A stretch of 64,000 bases of DNA from Chara braunii (taxonomy: Eukaryota; Plantae; Charophyceae). The notes under the pieces are model-generated. The model was not told the DNA's origin and did no database searches. It worked only from the letters and a program-made list of their open reading frames with translations. Each line of letters starts with the position of its first letter. Position 1 is the stretch's first letter. Position numbers and translations under genes: made by a program. Shown here piece after piece: positions 24,510 through 37,169 of this stretch. The DNA lies in NCBI GenBank assembly GCA_003427395.1, contig BFEA01000001.1:11188717-11252716 (forward strand), in the 5' to 3' direction.

Positions 24510-26511
24510 ATGTTGTGAACTCAGGGGGGGAGTTAGAACTGGAGGATGGAAGGTAGTAAGGAATCCTGCAACAGGGGAGGGGTTGTTTGTTCAGGTAAGT
24601 AGGTTTAGAAGGACGATGCTGGGACGACACAGACCGGTGTTGGAGTTTCTACTCTGTGACCTAGGGGGAGCTTGAGGCCTGTGGAGTTTTGCTGAGGGTG
24701 GAAGGCATAACCACATTGTCCGACGTAGCTGGCGCCGGGGTATCTACCCTGTAACCTGTCAGGGGCTTGCAGCTAAGGGAGATGTCGAGGGAGGAAGGCA
24801 TTTTCTGTTCGTCAGAGCTAGGTTGGTCGGTACTGGGGAAGGTTGTGTTGCCCTGTCACCCTAGCAGAAGGGGGTAAGAGACCAGGTGAGTTCTGGTACG
24901 AGGACTGAAAGCCTGGACCGACGATTCGTCTGTTGAGGGGGGGAGGTTTGGATAGGTGGCGGGTTCAATTTTGACCCTCTGTCTTTATGGTTTTAGGGTT
25001 GTTTTCAAAAAAAGATGTCTCAAATAGTGACTACTCAAGTAATAGGTCTTTGTCGGTGTTGTTGTTCTTAGCAATTGGGCCTCAGTCCATGATGTTGTGG
25101 GATCCGGGTCATAGGTGTTGAATGGATTATCTCCTTTAGGGTTGGAGTCCCTCCCTGCGAGGGTTACACAAGGTGGGTGGTGTGATCCTTGAGAGGGTAT
25201 GGGCGGTATTGAGGGTTTGTCCTTTTTTGGGCCACGCTGAGTTTTGGGTCGGGTTAGCCATGGCGGTTGGGGAGAGAGGACAAGGGGTGCTGATGTCAGC
25301 AGGATGAGAGTTGAGAAGGCTGTTCCGCTTGGAGGGGGTGGAGCAGAAAGGAAGGGGGATCTTCGGCTCTGCGGGGGGCATACTTTAGGGGATACTGTAT
25401 GCGACTGAGAGAGCAGGAGGGGTATTATGGGGGCTGTTCTGAACTGGGGCGGGGAGGTGAGGGGGCGCCTTCCCGAGGAGGCAGTGAACAGACAGGGGGT
25501 TGTTTTTTGGGGAAGAGGAGTAATCCCTTTGGTTCTTGTGACCCCTTTCATGTAACTGAGACCTCAATAGGCGCTGGACTTTCCATGGGTTTTTTTCCCT
25601 CTTCCTGTGGGAATAGTAGGCGCTGAACGCTCATGTGATTTTTTGGAATTTTTTGACTTTCTGTTTTCCTAGTTGAAAAATTCTTCCAAGGTTTGGTGCT
25701 GAAGGCAGGTGGTAGTGGTGCTGTGACGGTGGGAGATGACGCACTCTGCGGCGAACGGGCTAGCCTGTAGGGTTGAAATAGGGTACAGCAGCGGTGAAAA
25801 TGGTGGCTTCACCGTGTAAGACTTCCCGGAGTAGGGTTGCGAATGTTTTTTGGGGGGGATATTTGCAAGATGAATGATGGGATCTACCTACAACTATGGT
25901 GCTGATTGGTAGCTTGACTGGTATTTGCCTTAGTCCTGAGTCCCGGTGGTTCGCGAATAGACGAGGCCAGAACGACGCTGGTTGGTGCTGGGGCCTGGTT
26001 GCGATGCCCTGTAACTCAAGCTGTGTGAGGGCATGAGACCTGGTAGAGAGATCTGGGGAGTTGTCGAGGGTGGAAGGCACTCTAGTGTCTTTTGGTGAAC
26101 TGGTACCTAGTCGATGTTGGTCGGAGCCGGGGCGGGTCGCTTTGCCCTGTGGCCCAGCAGATGGGGGTTTCTGGGGTGGGTCGTGCCACCCTGTAGCCTA
26201 GCAGTTGGGGGCATGAGGCCTGGTAGAGATTGGGCATCGGGATATAGGGGTGAGGCAGGTAGGGTTGGGCTGCCAAAAGGCCCTAAAGCAGGTGGTTCTT
26301 TTGTTCTGAATGTTCCTTTGATCCGAGCTTTGGAGGATAGAGAATTTTAGTGTTCTTGTGCACAGTTGCTTTTCTTAGCCAAAGCCGGGTAATGGCCCCC
26401 GGTACCTCAAGGATTTTCTCATAAATTTCTCAATTTCTCAATTTCTCAATATGGTCTTGAATTTCTCAAGCACGTGCTGCTCCCCACAAATAGATTGGAG
26501 CATGTTCCTTC

Positions 26512-26545
<34 letters not shown>
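24510..26545 (+). mobile_element. Long non-coding poly(A)-tailed retroposon built from repeated G-rich modules (may extend left of the 22681 LINE)
   Basis: Modules ccctgtaacc / gaggcctggtagagagatctgggg are shared with 42650-43950 and, inverted, with 1-300; ends in the shared tail plus poly(A). Confidence 0.7.
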
Positions 26546-26546
<1 letters not shown>

Positions 26547-26616
26547 AAAGAAGAAGAAGAAAGCTCATGTAGATTGTGAAGTAAATTCGCTTCTCTTGCT
26601 TCCCTTTTGTCCATTN

Positions 26617-26777
<161 letters not shown>

Positions 26778-26891
26778 CAACAGAAGAACAATGCAAAGAA
26801 TAAAGAAAGAACAACACCAGAATACACTTTCTATCACGTGTGGCATGGTGGGACGGAGCTTTTGTTGATGTATTGCGAATCTAATGGGACC

Positions 26892-26980
26892 GAAATACAG
26901 GACAATAACCTACGGAAATACAGGACAGTAACCTACGGAAATACAGGACAATAACCTACGGAAATACAGGACAATAACCT
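26892..26980. repeat. 23-bp tandem repeat x4
   Basis: gaaatacaggacaataacctacg. Confidence 0.9.
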
Positions 26981-28052
26981 ATTAGATTTTGTCATTTTGT
27001 AGATTTTTTCTTTGACGTGAAATCCATTTTGTAGTATGCTTTGGCCCTTTCGGTTTGGGCGGGAAACCATTGTGCATCGAGAAAACTACCCTACAGAGGG
27101 TAGGGCAGATTTAACTACCCTGGTAGGGTAGTTTTAACTACCCTACCAAGGGTAGGGTAGCCTTTCTTTTTTTTTGTTTTCTGAGATATCATTACATCCT
27201 GAAGCGGAGGAACTCTGACAGCGGCGTTTGGCTCTCTGACATCGAATTGTTCCTTCTTTGGGCAATGAACGCATTTGGCCGTTCACGTTGTCCCTGTCCA
27301 TTTTACAAATGGTGACCTCCTGTCCCCTCACCACGGGGAGTGTCCCTTTTCCACAGAGACATTCACTCCGACTGTGCCAGACATGTTTCATTTCCCCGAG
27401 TTACATTATCAAAAATAAGGAGAAAAGCTGTTTCTAGCGTTTTTTTTCAGTTTTCTAATTTCTTGTTTCGAATTTATGTATGGCGAAATGGTCTCACCGG
27501 TGCGTTTCTAAACTCAACTTGGACGGTGGGACTTCACCCCAAGTTGAGTTTGCTTGGGGTTCCCAGCACAAAAATCTGAGAAAATTGTTTTTGACTGACG
27601 CTGTGCCTGGGGTTCCCAGAATGTGAAATGTGGTGGTCTTCTCCCTCCCCCCCCCCCTCACACACAACAACAACAAAAAAAAAAGACGTTTACGCAACAT
27701 GTTAGTATGATAAGCATCGTGTTCTCGTTCGGAGGCGAACCCAAAAAACATATGTCATGTAAAACAACTATACAAGAAACTTTTGCCTTGGAGTCATGTT
27801 CGAATTCTTAGCCAAACGTAAGATAAAATTTAAAAACCGAAAAAGAAAAAAAAATAGTTGTGAAAAAAAAAATGTTCCCCCAAAAACGTTGGCGTGAACG
27901 TGGAGGGGCGTGAACACGTTCGCTGTGCTATGCTGTATCTTACAGTCCATACCTCATTTTGGGGGTCGGATGGATCACAGCTGTGCCTTTGGTGGCGGTG
28001 GCTGAGGGCTGAGAAAGTATTGACTGAGTGTGGATGTGGCTTTGCATTTCAG

Positions 28053-28190
28053 GGGCCGCTTTGAGGTGAACTGGGTATCCAGCAAGGGGTCTGTGAACAA
28101 CAAGAACCCCCAGGTTTACTACTCGCTACATGGATGGCTTATGTATGTAGCATGGGGCATTTGTATCCCCTTGTCAATCCTTGCAGCAAG
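28053..28190 (+). CDS. Isolated exon of a cytochrome b561 and DOMON domain (CYBDOM)-like protein
   Basis: TTTCAG acceptor and AG/GTGAGT donor; reads GRFEVNWVSSKGSVNNKNPQVYYSLHGWLMYVAWGICIPLSILAA(R), matching the first b561 helix HGxLMxxAWGxxxPxxIxxAR. Confidence 0.75.
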
Positions 28191-28396
28191 GTGAGTTTCG
28201 AAGTTTCATGCACTCTTTTCAGATGCTAACCAGCATTGGGTTTGAGTTGTAAGTTGGAGCGAGTGCTGACAGTCAATGATGCCTATGATGAGCCAGATAC
28301 CTGTTTTGGAATGTACTTTGGAAGTTTGGAAGTTTGGAAGTTTGGACAACTTTCCCCAGGACCAGGGTGTCTGGGTGGCCCGGCCGTGCAAGGACT

Positions 28397-28492
28397 AGGG
28401 AAGGTCCCAGCCAAAAAAACAAAACAAAAGGGAAGGTCCCAGCCAAAAAAACAAAACAAAAGGGAAGGTCCCAGCCAAAAAACAAAACAAAA
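28397..28492. repeat. About 32-bp tandem repeat x3
   Basis: agggaaggtcccagccaaaaaaacaaaacaaa. Confidence 0.85.
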
Positions 28493-29952
28493 AAAATAAA
28501 CTGAAAGAAAACTATGTTATGCAGGAAAAATAAACTGAACAATTAGGTGGGGCCCTCAGCCTTGCCCACCGTCCAAGCACATCGAGGGCACCACAAGATT
28601 TCAACCCATAGTCGACTCTAAACTCCACAGCCCCTACTACTGAAAAATCAATGAAAATTATTGACAAAATCTCAATTCATCACCAAGAAACTCTAATCAC
28701 AACAGTCGTGACAACCCTAATTAGTAACCCTAATTCCACCAATCATGAAAAGAAGACCATACGCAAAAGGCAATCAAAACCACAGAAAAGAACCAGCGGT
28801 CAGTGCTACTTGATCATGTCCTCTATTTATCCAGAGTTACCTCAGGGTCACATCGAAATTCTTTACGGGAAAAAAAAAAAAAAAAAAAAAAAGAAAGATA
28901 ATTTTTAATTATTATAATTGATTAATGAACAACAATTGTCAGGACTTTCTGCAATCCTCTACCGGTAGGTAGTCATTTTTCAACAACAAAAAAAAAATCA
29001 AAAAAAATGTTTCCTGTTTAGTTAGAATTTAGAATTTAGAAACTGTGCTTCTAAACGTTATGACTTTTTTTTTCCGTAACTTAAACAACTAATTTTATGA
29101 TCTATAATTTATTAATTATTTTTTATTGCATCCCTTTCATTTATCAGAATTGTAATTTGATTTTTTTCATCAAATTGCAGAGTTGCAAGTTTCAAACCAC
29201 AGGTTGAAGACCCGAGTGAATCCATTTGAATGCCATTTGGTCTGCAATGTGTTGATGCTTTTATGGTTCTCACTGAGTCCTCTGTCTGCTTTCTCACTCT
29301 GGCTCCCGTGTTCCCCAATCTTCTAGAGGACCTCCCGTGTGCCAGCCTGCTAATTGTCCAAGACCAATCATCCCTCCACTTAAGGGCCCCCACCAAACCA
29401 CTGTCCAAACGGAAAAAGCAAGACTGCATCTTCCTCAGAAAGTGGATAGATGCATCCGTTACCATTCGTAGTAATAGATGCATCTTGCCCCTCTCTGCGG
29501 GCACATGCACTTTTACTTTTCCCGTTTCCACACTGGCGTGGCCAGGGCCTAAGTGAAATCCAGCCATCGATATCATATGTTGTCCCCCTATCTTTCTTTG
29601 CACTTGTGCTTGTTTCTCTGGCTATTTTCCTTCTTTAATTAAACCTTTCAGCTTAAAAACAAACAAACAAACAAGCAAACAAGCAAGCATGCAAAAAACA
29701 TATGCACAGCCCAGATATACAATCTCCTGATCATGAATAACAGATGAGGTACTGGCCAGATAGTTTTTTTTTCCTGTTTATTATTGGGTAGTTCCCAACT
29801 TCCCATTACTATAATGACAATAAAAAAGGCCTGAAAGGCCGTCCTGTCCAGATTTGACAGGTAATTGAATTGGTTGGACTTAAAGAATTCGCCTTTTTAA
29901 AACAAAAAAAAAAAACAAAAAAAAAAACTTGCTGTTTTAACTTGTTTACCCT

Positions 29953-30620
29953 TTTTTTTTTTTTTTTTTAAGAAAAAAACACCCACCAAGTTCGCTAGGA
30001 GTGATGGTATGACCCATCACCCCTAGCAACTTGGTTCGTGGCTCCAATCGATTGGTGGGGAGCAGCACCTGCTGGAAAGCGGGTCCAGCGTCCCTCATAC
30101 AATGGAAATAATGTCTTGCTGAAGAATATAATCATGTGACAAGTGAGCTGAGACCTGCCTCTTCAGTCCGCTGAGGACCTCCAGATATAACCATACATTT
30201 CTAGCCTGCCTATGCTCAGGGAATAGTTCCAATAGCAATCATTGTTGATTTATGACTTAGGCTGCATGTCCAAACCATTGGTTGTCTACTATTGCCTTGG
30301 CTGAAGGCAGAGAATAAATCTGAGAAGTCCTCTGGGCACCTCAAATGATTGCCTTGTTGAATTACCATCTAACACCCCCCAATCTGGATTTTAAACAAAT
30401 CAGGAAACTGCACCCAGTGCCTTTTTTTTTCTTTTTCTTTTTGACAGAGATACCATCCCACCTACTGGAGGGACTTAAGCCTCTTCACCTTCTTGTGGGC
30501 GCCAGATTCCTCTCATATACACTAGCTTGTATCTCTCCTTACACAGTTTGGGAATTAACACTGAGAATCAAAAACAAACCTACAGAACCCTTATTCCTTC
30601 CCGAACCATGACCATGGAAC
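29953..30620 (-). mobile_element. Highly decayed LINE-type 3' fragment
   Basis: Poly(T) at 29953-29969, shared tail motif at 30040-30096, residual LFPEHRQARNVW. Confidence 0.5.
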
Positions 30621-30721
30621 TATAACATCGAAGAATTCACTACACGACGTACACGTTCAGTTACAACCGAAGATTGATGATTTATATATATGCCTACGGT
30701 TTACCGGGCAGTTCTATTTGA

Positions 30722-30773
<52 letters not shown>

Positions 30774-33099
30774 TCANNNNNNNNNNNNNNNNNNNNNNNN
30801 NNNNNNNNNNNNNNNNNNNNNNNNNNNNNNNNNNNNNNNNNNNNNNNNNNNNNNNNNNNNNNNNNNNNNNNNNNNNNNNNNNNNNNNNNNNNNNNNNNNN
30901 NNNNNNNNNNNNNNNNNNNNNNNNNNNNNNNNNNNNNNNNNNNNNNNNNNNNNNNNNNNNNNNNNNNNNNNNNNNNNNNNNNNNNNNNNNNNNNNNNNNN
31001 NNNNNNNNNNNNNNNNNNNNNNNNNNNNNNNNNNNNNNNNNNNNNNNNNNNNNNNNNNNNNNNNNNNNNNNNNNNNNNNNNNNNNNNNNNNNNNNNNNNN
31101 NNNNNNNNNNNNNNNNNNNNNNNNNNNNNNNNNNNNNNNNNNNNNNNNNNNNNNNNNNNNNNNNNNNNNNNNNNNNNNNNNNNNNNNNNNNNNNNNNNNN
31201 NNNNNNNNNNNNNNNNNNNNNNNNNNNNNNNNNNNNNNNNNNNNNNNNNNNNNNNNNNNNNNNNNNNNNNNNNNNNNNNNNNNNNNNNNNNNNNNNNNNN
31301 NNNNNNNNNNNNNNNNNNNNNNNNNNNNNNNNNNNNNNNNNNNNNNACCCGCCACTCTGCAGGCAAAAATGGTGAGAAAACGCCGTTCATAGTTGCCAGA
31401 GGGCCGCCTCTCACGGCGGGCAGGCGGGCAGGTAAAGGGCGTTGCTCCACTATTCCCCATGAATGCATCTTTCCATGTTCCTAGGGAGGATTCAGTCTCA
31501 CTTTGCACTTGGATCTAGCACTTGGATCTAGCAGTGACTTTGAGCTGCAACCTCGTACTAGATTTTTTTTTATTTTTATTTTTTCGGTACTACATATTCC
31601 CGACGGCCTGAGAGAGAACTTTCTTTTTTCTTTTTTCGTCTTTTTTTTATATTATACATCATAAAGGTTGAAGTGAGACTTCGGGCCTCGCTCCACTACT
31701 CTCGACATCTACAAAACGAGAGTGAATCCTCTACTAGAACATGGAAAGAGACAACCCCATGATTTTTGTCTGTTGTGCATGTAGCGAGGCCCTTCATGCT
31801 GCTGGTGCTACTTCGTTCTTTGGCTGGGAAGGAGATGTCTTAGGCTTCGTTCTTCGGCTGGGAAGGAGATGTCTTAGGGCCTCGCTGCACTACTCTCCAC
31901 AGGCACAAAATACAAAAAAAGATGGCAATGTATCTTTCCATTTTCTAACAGAAGATTCAGTCTCGTTTTGCACATTCGGAGAGTAGTGCAGCCAGACCCT
32001 CAGACAGCGGGCTTGGTTTCCACCCGCCCTTTTATTTTATTTGAGATTATTTTTTCCTGATTTGGCAAAAACAAATGAAAAAAAAAAGTGAGATCCGTTG
32101 CCACACTAGATATTCCCGACGGCAAACATTCAGAATTCAGTGTGTGCACCCCTGAACTGTTGAGATCCGAGTTCCATGAGATCTGATACGTCGCTCATGC
32201 ACTGTTTCACGTGGCCGACCACGGGCTTGTGATGCGAGGACAGGGACCTCGCTTGCCTTCTTTTCGTTGGCTGTTTCTGATGTGCTCCCCGTGAGAGACA
32301 GGGAGCAATAAATGCTTCCGTCGTTTCTTCTTTTTTCCTCTCACGCTGCCATTTCCATAATGCATCTGACTGCATTTGTGGCCGCCCTGGGCTGATTCAC
32401 GAGTGAAAACGGCTGCCCCATTTTGAACCAGCTGCTGGCTGCATGTCCAGCATAAGGGGCGGTACCTGTGCCATTCAGAAAATGTCCCGTACATGTTCTC
32501 GTCCCCTCCAGGCTCGGCAAAACTTGGGGCGCAGGGCATATTCAGGCTCAGCATCAATAGCTGGGCCAAGTACTGGTGGTTTAAAATTTAAATATTTAAA
32601 TAACGAGTACGATTGATCCTCCTTCCCTTGCCAAGCCTCAATATGCACTGGTTATTTACACCCTCCCCCCCCCCCGTTTCCAGCACAGGACTCCTTGCAC
32701 GCCAGAAGAAGATGAGCCCGCGCACGACTTCTTTTGGCTGGCGCTGCCAGCCATTTTGCTCCCGTGGGCAGGCCCCCAAAACTTGCGGCTGCATGCACGC
32801 TGCGTCGGAGACAAGTGGGTGGGAAACGTACAGGTGGTTCAAACATAAATCCAAAAAAACGCATGCAAGCTGGTCCTGAAATACAAGCTACCAAGACAGG
32901 GGCTGCTGTTGACATGGCCCTGCAGCATCAAACATATCCTTAGAATGTGGCTGACCAGCCAAACAGCACTACAGAGGTGGTGGCAATCTTTCAGGCTCAT
33001 AAGCCGATCTCAGCATGCAACAAAGCTGATGAGAACGTCTATTACACGTGTATAGCCTCAGATGACCCAGGGTACGCTCAACTCTATACACACTAAGGA

Positions 33100-33530
<431 letters not shown>

Positions 33531-34836
33531 ACGAACGGGGAATTGCATGCTACCTCATCACAGACCTGATGGTCAAAATGCACCCCAGGTCCAAAGCAAG
33601 CATGCCATTCCACAAAAAAGGGATTTCATCGCAGGGTACGATGCGCAGGGTACGATGCTGTAGATCACCATCACTTCAGAGAAGTTCAGACGTTGAGAGT
33701 TGGAAATGGTGCTTGTGCGCTGCAACCTGCGCACAGCCGTGTGCGTCAGGCAGTAGCTAAAGATGAGGCCAATAGTTCTATTGGGATGCTTTGCTTTTAA
33801 ACCACAAGTACATGGGCACCTGAGTGTTTCACAGGCCTGACACTGCGTGTTTCGGAGGCCCGAAACGCGACGATGGCCATTGATGATTTTCACCAATGGC
33901 CCGCACCGGCCCCGATAGTTGCTCCGAAACTTTCTTGTGGTGACGGAATCTTTCTCCAAGGCTGGTGGCGCCTTGTACTGGCGGTTTAAGTGATGTATAG
34001 GGATCATTTTCAACAAGACCAGCCAACATGGTCTATACTATAGTGAGAAACAGGGCACTCAGATAGCTGCTGTGTGATCGTCTTGGCAAGCTAACCTCCA
34101 GAGGATTGGCCCCTTGCCAGCCCCTCACTGGCCCTCGGCGACACTCTCGAGTCTCGGCTGCGGTACAACCGTGGTTGTTGTGCATACATTACACCAGACG
34201 GGTCAACGCAGAGAGAAGGTTCAAAAAAAAAAAAAAAAAAAAAAAAAGAGAAGGTTCATGTCACTCTGCCATAATCATATCATATCCCAGTGCGCCCCCG
34301 ATGCACTGTGGATAGACCACAAATGGCTCTTGCCAAAAGATTTGGAAGGAAGGGCTGAAAAAATGTTCCCGGGGTTCGTTCCAAAGCATACCCGCCGACT
34401 CTGTAAGCGCCACAGCGACATTCATCTGCACCTTCTCCTCACAAAAAGCAGACCCCAGCACAGGGAGAAATCATGTCGCAATTCGATTGTGTTTCGAGAA
34501 CTATCCCCCACACAGATGAGTCACTGCAAACTGAGTCACACACTGAAATCTGTTGCTTGAGAGGGGCTGTCGAGTGCTTGTTCTTTCTGAAGATGATGTA
34601 TAATGACCACTTAATGGTATTCAGCATCCGCTCCCCTTGGATCACCCGATCAAAACAACAACAGAACACCAGCTATGCTTTTGAACCACACATCCCGAAC
34701 AAACAGGGAGGTTTTTTTTCCTTTTTTTTTTTTGTGTGTGTGTGTGGGGGGGGGGAAAGAGGAGGGGAGGGAGTAGGTATTGGGGTGTTTATTCGTGGCC
34801 ACTGCAACTGTACCCTGCAGTTGGCTCGCGCCAACT

Positions 34837-36462
34837 TCATAACCCGGGAAGGGAAAATCCCCCAGGAAGATGGCTCAAGAGCGACCCTACGTCAAGTGGA
34901 AGACCAACTATGGACTTCACCGGCTCGTTCATTTCTGACTCCTTTACCCACCTACCCCACCAAGGGCCTCCGCCAACCTCCAAGGCGGCCATAGTGCTGG
35001 TCACATCTAGTATGCAAATTCCGCGTCGTCCATTGGACACCTCCCACAACTTAAGCTGCAGTGTGCCTGAGAAAGTGTCTCTGCATGCCTGTGTAAGGCC
35101 TGCGTCCGCCGTTGGAGCGCGGAGCACAACGCCTTCCGAGTCCGTTGTTGCAAACAGCTCCACCTCGTAATCCGTGGTCATAGCGGACATCGTCCACGAG
35201 CCCCAGGGCGCAATATCCCACGAGACCTTACCCGTCCAGGGAACGAACTCGTAGAACTGACCACCATAATGAATCCCGATCAATGCAACCTCCTCTTCTC
35301 TGCCTGCTGCAAGAGGAGTGCCACGTCGCCCACCTCCAGCAGTCAAGGCCACTGTGCCCGTCGCACCTTCGAAGACATTGCATTGGACCCAAAACCATTT
35401 GCGAGGGAACGAACCACCCCAGTTCTTCTCAGAATAAGATGGAGCATCTTCGAACTCGAACCGCTTCCCGCCCCATTCAATCCAACCGGTCGATCTTCCA
35501 GCTGCCATGAGAATCTGCCAATGGGGCTCGAACACAGGCAAGGCTGCCAACCACCCAGCAGTGGCCTTCTGTCTCTCAACCACATTGCCCCAACCGTAGA
35601 CTGGTACTGTGCTGTACTCCCACTTGGCAACGGGGACCGTCGAGACATCAGGAGAGCTCCCGTCGTCAAAGAGGACCCCCTGATGAAAGGTTGTTGACGC
35701 TTGAAACCCCTGGTCGACGTTCAATGCAAACTCATCAGCAGGAATCATACTGCGAGGGTGCTTTTTTGCACTTCGTTGCGCCATATCAAAGGCATTTCCC
35801 AGCTCAAGTTCTACTGGGCTTGCCCAGAAGTGCTGCACGTCTCTGCTGTACCTCATAAGATAGGTATCGCGAGGCCCCATAATCTGTGCGCCTACGCCCA
35901 CATGGGAGTCAGAAGACTTGGTACATGCATCGCGGAGGGAGCCAGCCACATCGGTGTCCTTGCCACTGGAAGACGATTCTTGCCCAGGATCCTCAATCGA
36001 GTACATGAATGCGAAGCTATCCTTCTCCTCCGGCAAACTCACTTTAAAATACCACCCTTCGAAGAACCTGCGCTTGCTCCCATCAAAATGATACCCACTG
36101 TGGGGAGTGCGCAAGCTCGAAGTGACGACGTTCCTCTTTGCAGTAGCTCTGCACCTCAGAGAATCGCACGTTCCAACGAAATGGCGGCATCGACGGCCGG
36201 TAGGGCACAGGACACGCGTGCCAAATTTTGCCAGATCGGAACAAAATGAAGGATTGCAGATGGATGGACATCCCTCAAGAAGGCGAAGAAGAACAGGAGT
36301 TCTATGCCGCTTGGACATCTTCGTGCCACAAGCCCTCGAAGTTCTGACATGCTGCACGTCCGTAAATGCAACACAACCCGCAGGCAGCAATGCTGTTCTG
36401 GCAGCAGCAGATGAAGAGATGGATGCTTTCACATCCCACACTCCAAAGCACGTACTACCCAT
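34837..36462 (-). CDS. VTE1: Tocopherol cyclase, single uninterrupted ORF (541 aa from first ATG) with transit-peptide-like N-terminus
   Basis: LRTPHSGYHFDGSKRRFFEGWYFKVSLPE, FAFMYSIEDP, GWLAALPVFEPHWQILMAAG, YSEKNWGGSFPRKWFWVQCN, AALEVGGGPW. The track start at 36498 is GTG; the first ATG is at 36462. Confidence 0.97.
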   Translation of the reverse strand: MGSTCFGVWDVKASISSSAAARTALLPAGCVAFTDVQHVRTSRACGTKMSKRHRTPVLLRLLEGCPSICNPSFCSDLAKFGTRVLCPTGRRCRHFVGTCDSLRCRATAKRNVVTSSLRTPHSGYHFDGSKRRFFEGWYFKVSLPEEKDSFAFMYSIEDPGQESSSSGKDTDVAGSLRDACTKSSDSHVGVGAQIMGPRDTYLMRYSRDVQHFWASPVELELGNAFDMAQRSAKKHPRSMIPADEFALNVDQGFQASTTFHQGVLFDDGSSPDVSTVPVAKWEYSTVPVYGWGNVVERQKATAGWLAALPVFEPHWQILMAAGRSTGWIEWGGKRFEFEDAPSYSEKNWGGSFPRKWFWVQCNVFEGATGTVALTAGGGRRGTPLAAGREEEVALIGIHYGGQFYEFVPWTGKVSWDIAPWGSWTMSAMTTDYEVELFATTDSEGVVLRAPTADAGLTQACRDTFSGTLQLKLWEVSNGRRGICILDVTSTMAALEVGGGPWWGRWVKESEMNEPVKSIVGLPLDVGSLLSHLPGGFSLPGL

Positions 36463-37007
36463 CTCAGATATAGCCTTCACAAAGCTAAATTCATACACAA
36501 ATCAATGGCGAAAGGGACCACTTTCCTTCAGTGCCGCATGACGATCAATCGCAGAAGGGATCAATGGTGAAAGGGACCAGTATCCCTCAGAGCTGCATGA
36601 CGATCAACCAGAAAGGATGGGGGCTTTTTCCCCCTACTGCGTGATGGTATGCCCTTTCAAGGAAAGGAATCAAGGATGGAACTCTGCAAGTACCAAATCC
36701 CTTGTGTCCTTTCGTCATACCCCTCGTAACAGCAGGAACAGAACATGTTGTCATAACAATTGGATTTCGTGTATTCTACCCAACACAACTGGGTAGACTT
36801 CACTGCAGTGCAGTTGACCCCCTGCGTACTGGAGCCCTGCTGAACTACAGGGCCTGTGTGCACACCCAACCGCTTGGCGCTGTTGGATCCCTGCTGATTC
36901 TGTGCTGAAAGACAGCGCCACCGCACCCGCTTGGCTGATATGCCTCAGTCACACCATGCAGCTTAGCGACTCGCATTTGGGAGCATCACCAAGCCGAAGT
37001 CCCCGCA

Positions 37008-37063
<56 letters not shown>

Positions 37064-37169
37064 GAAGACATGCAAACTCCACCGAGATCCTCATCGTAGG
37101 CCTTCATCTCCTTCTGCATTTGTACACACAGGAAGAAACATTAGCCAGACAGCGGAAAAGAGGGGGGGT

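Noticed and set aside
35269-36541. Plus-strand ORFs overlapping VTE1
   Set aside because: Antisense shadows with no recognisable motifs.
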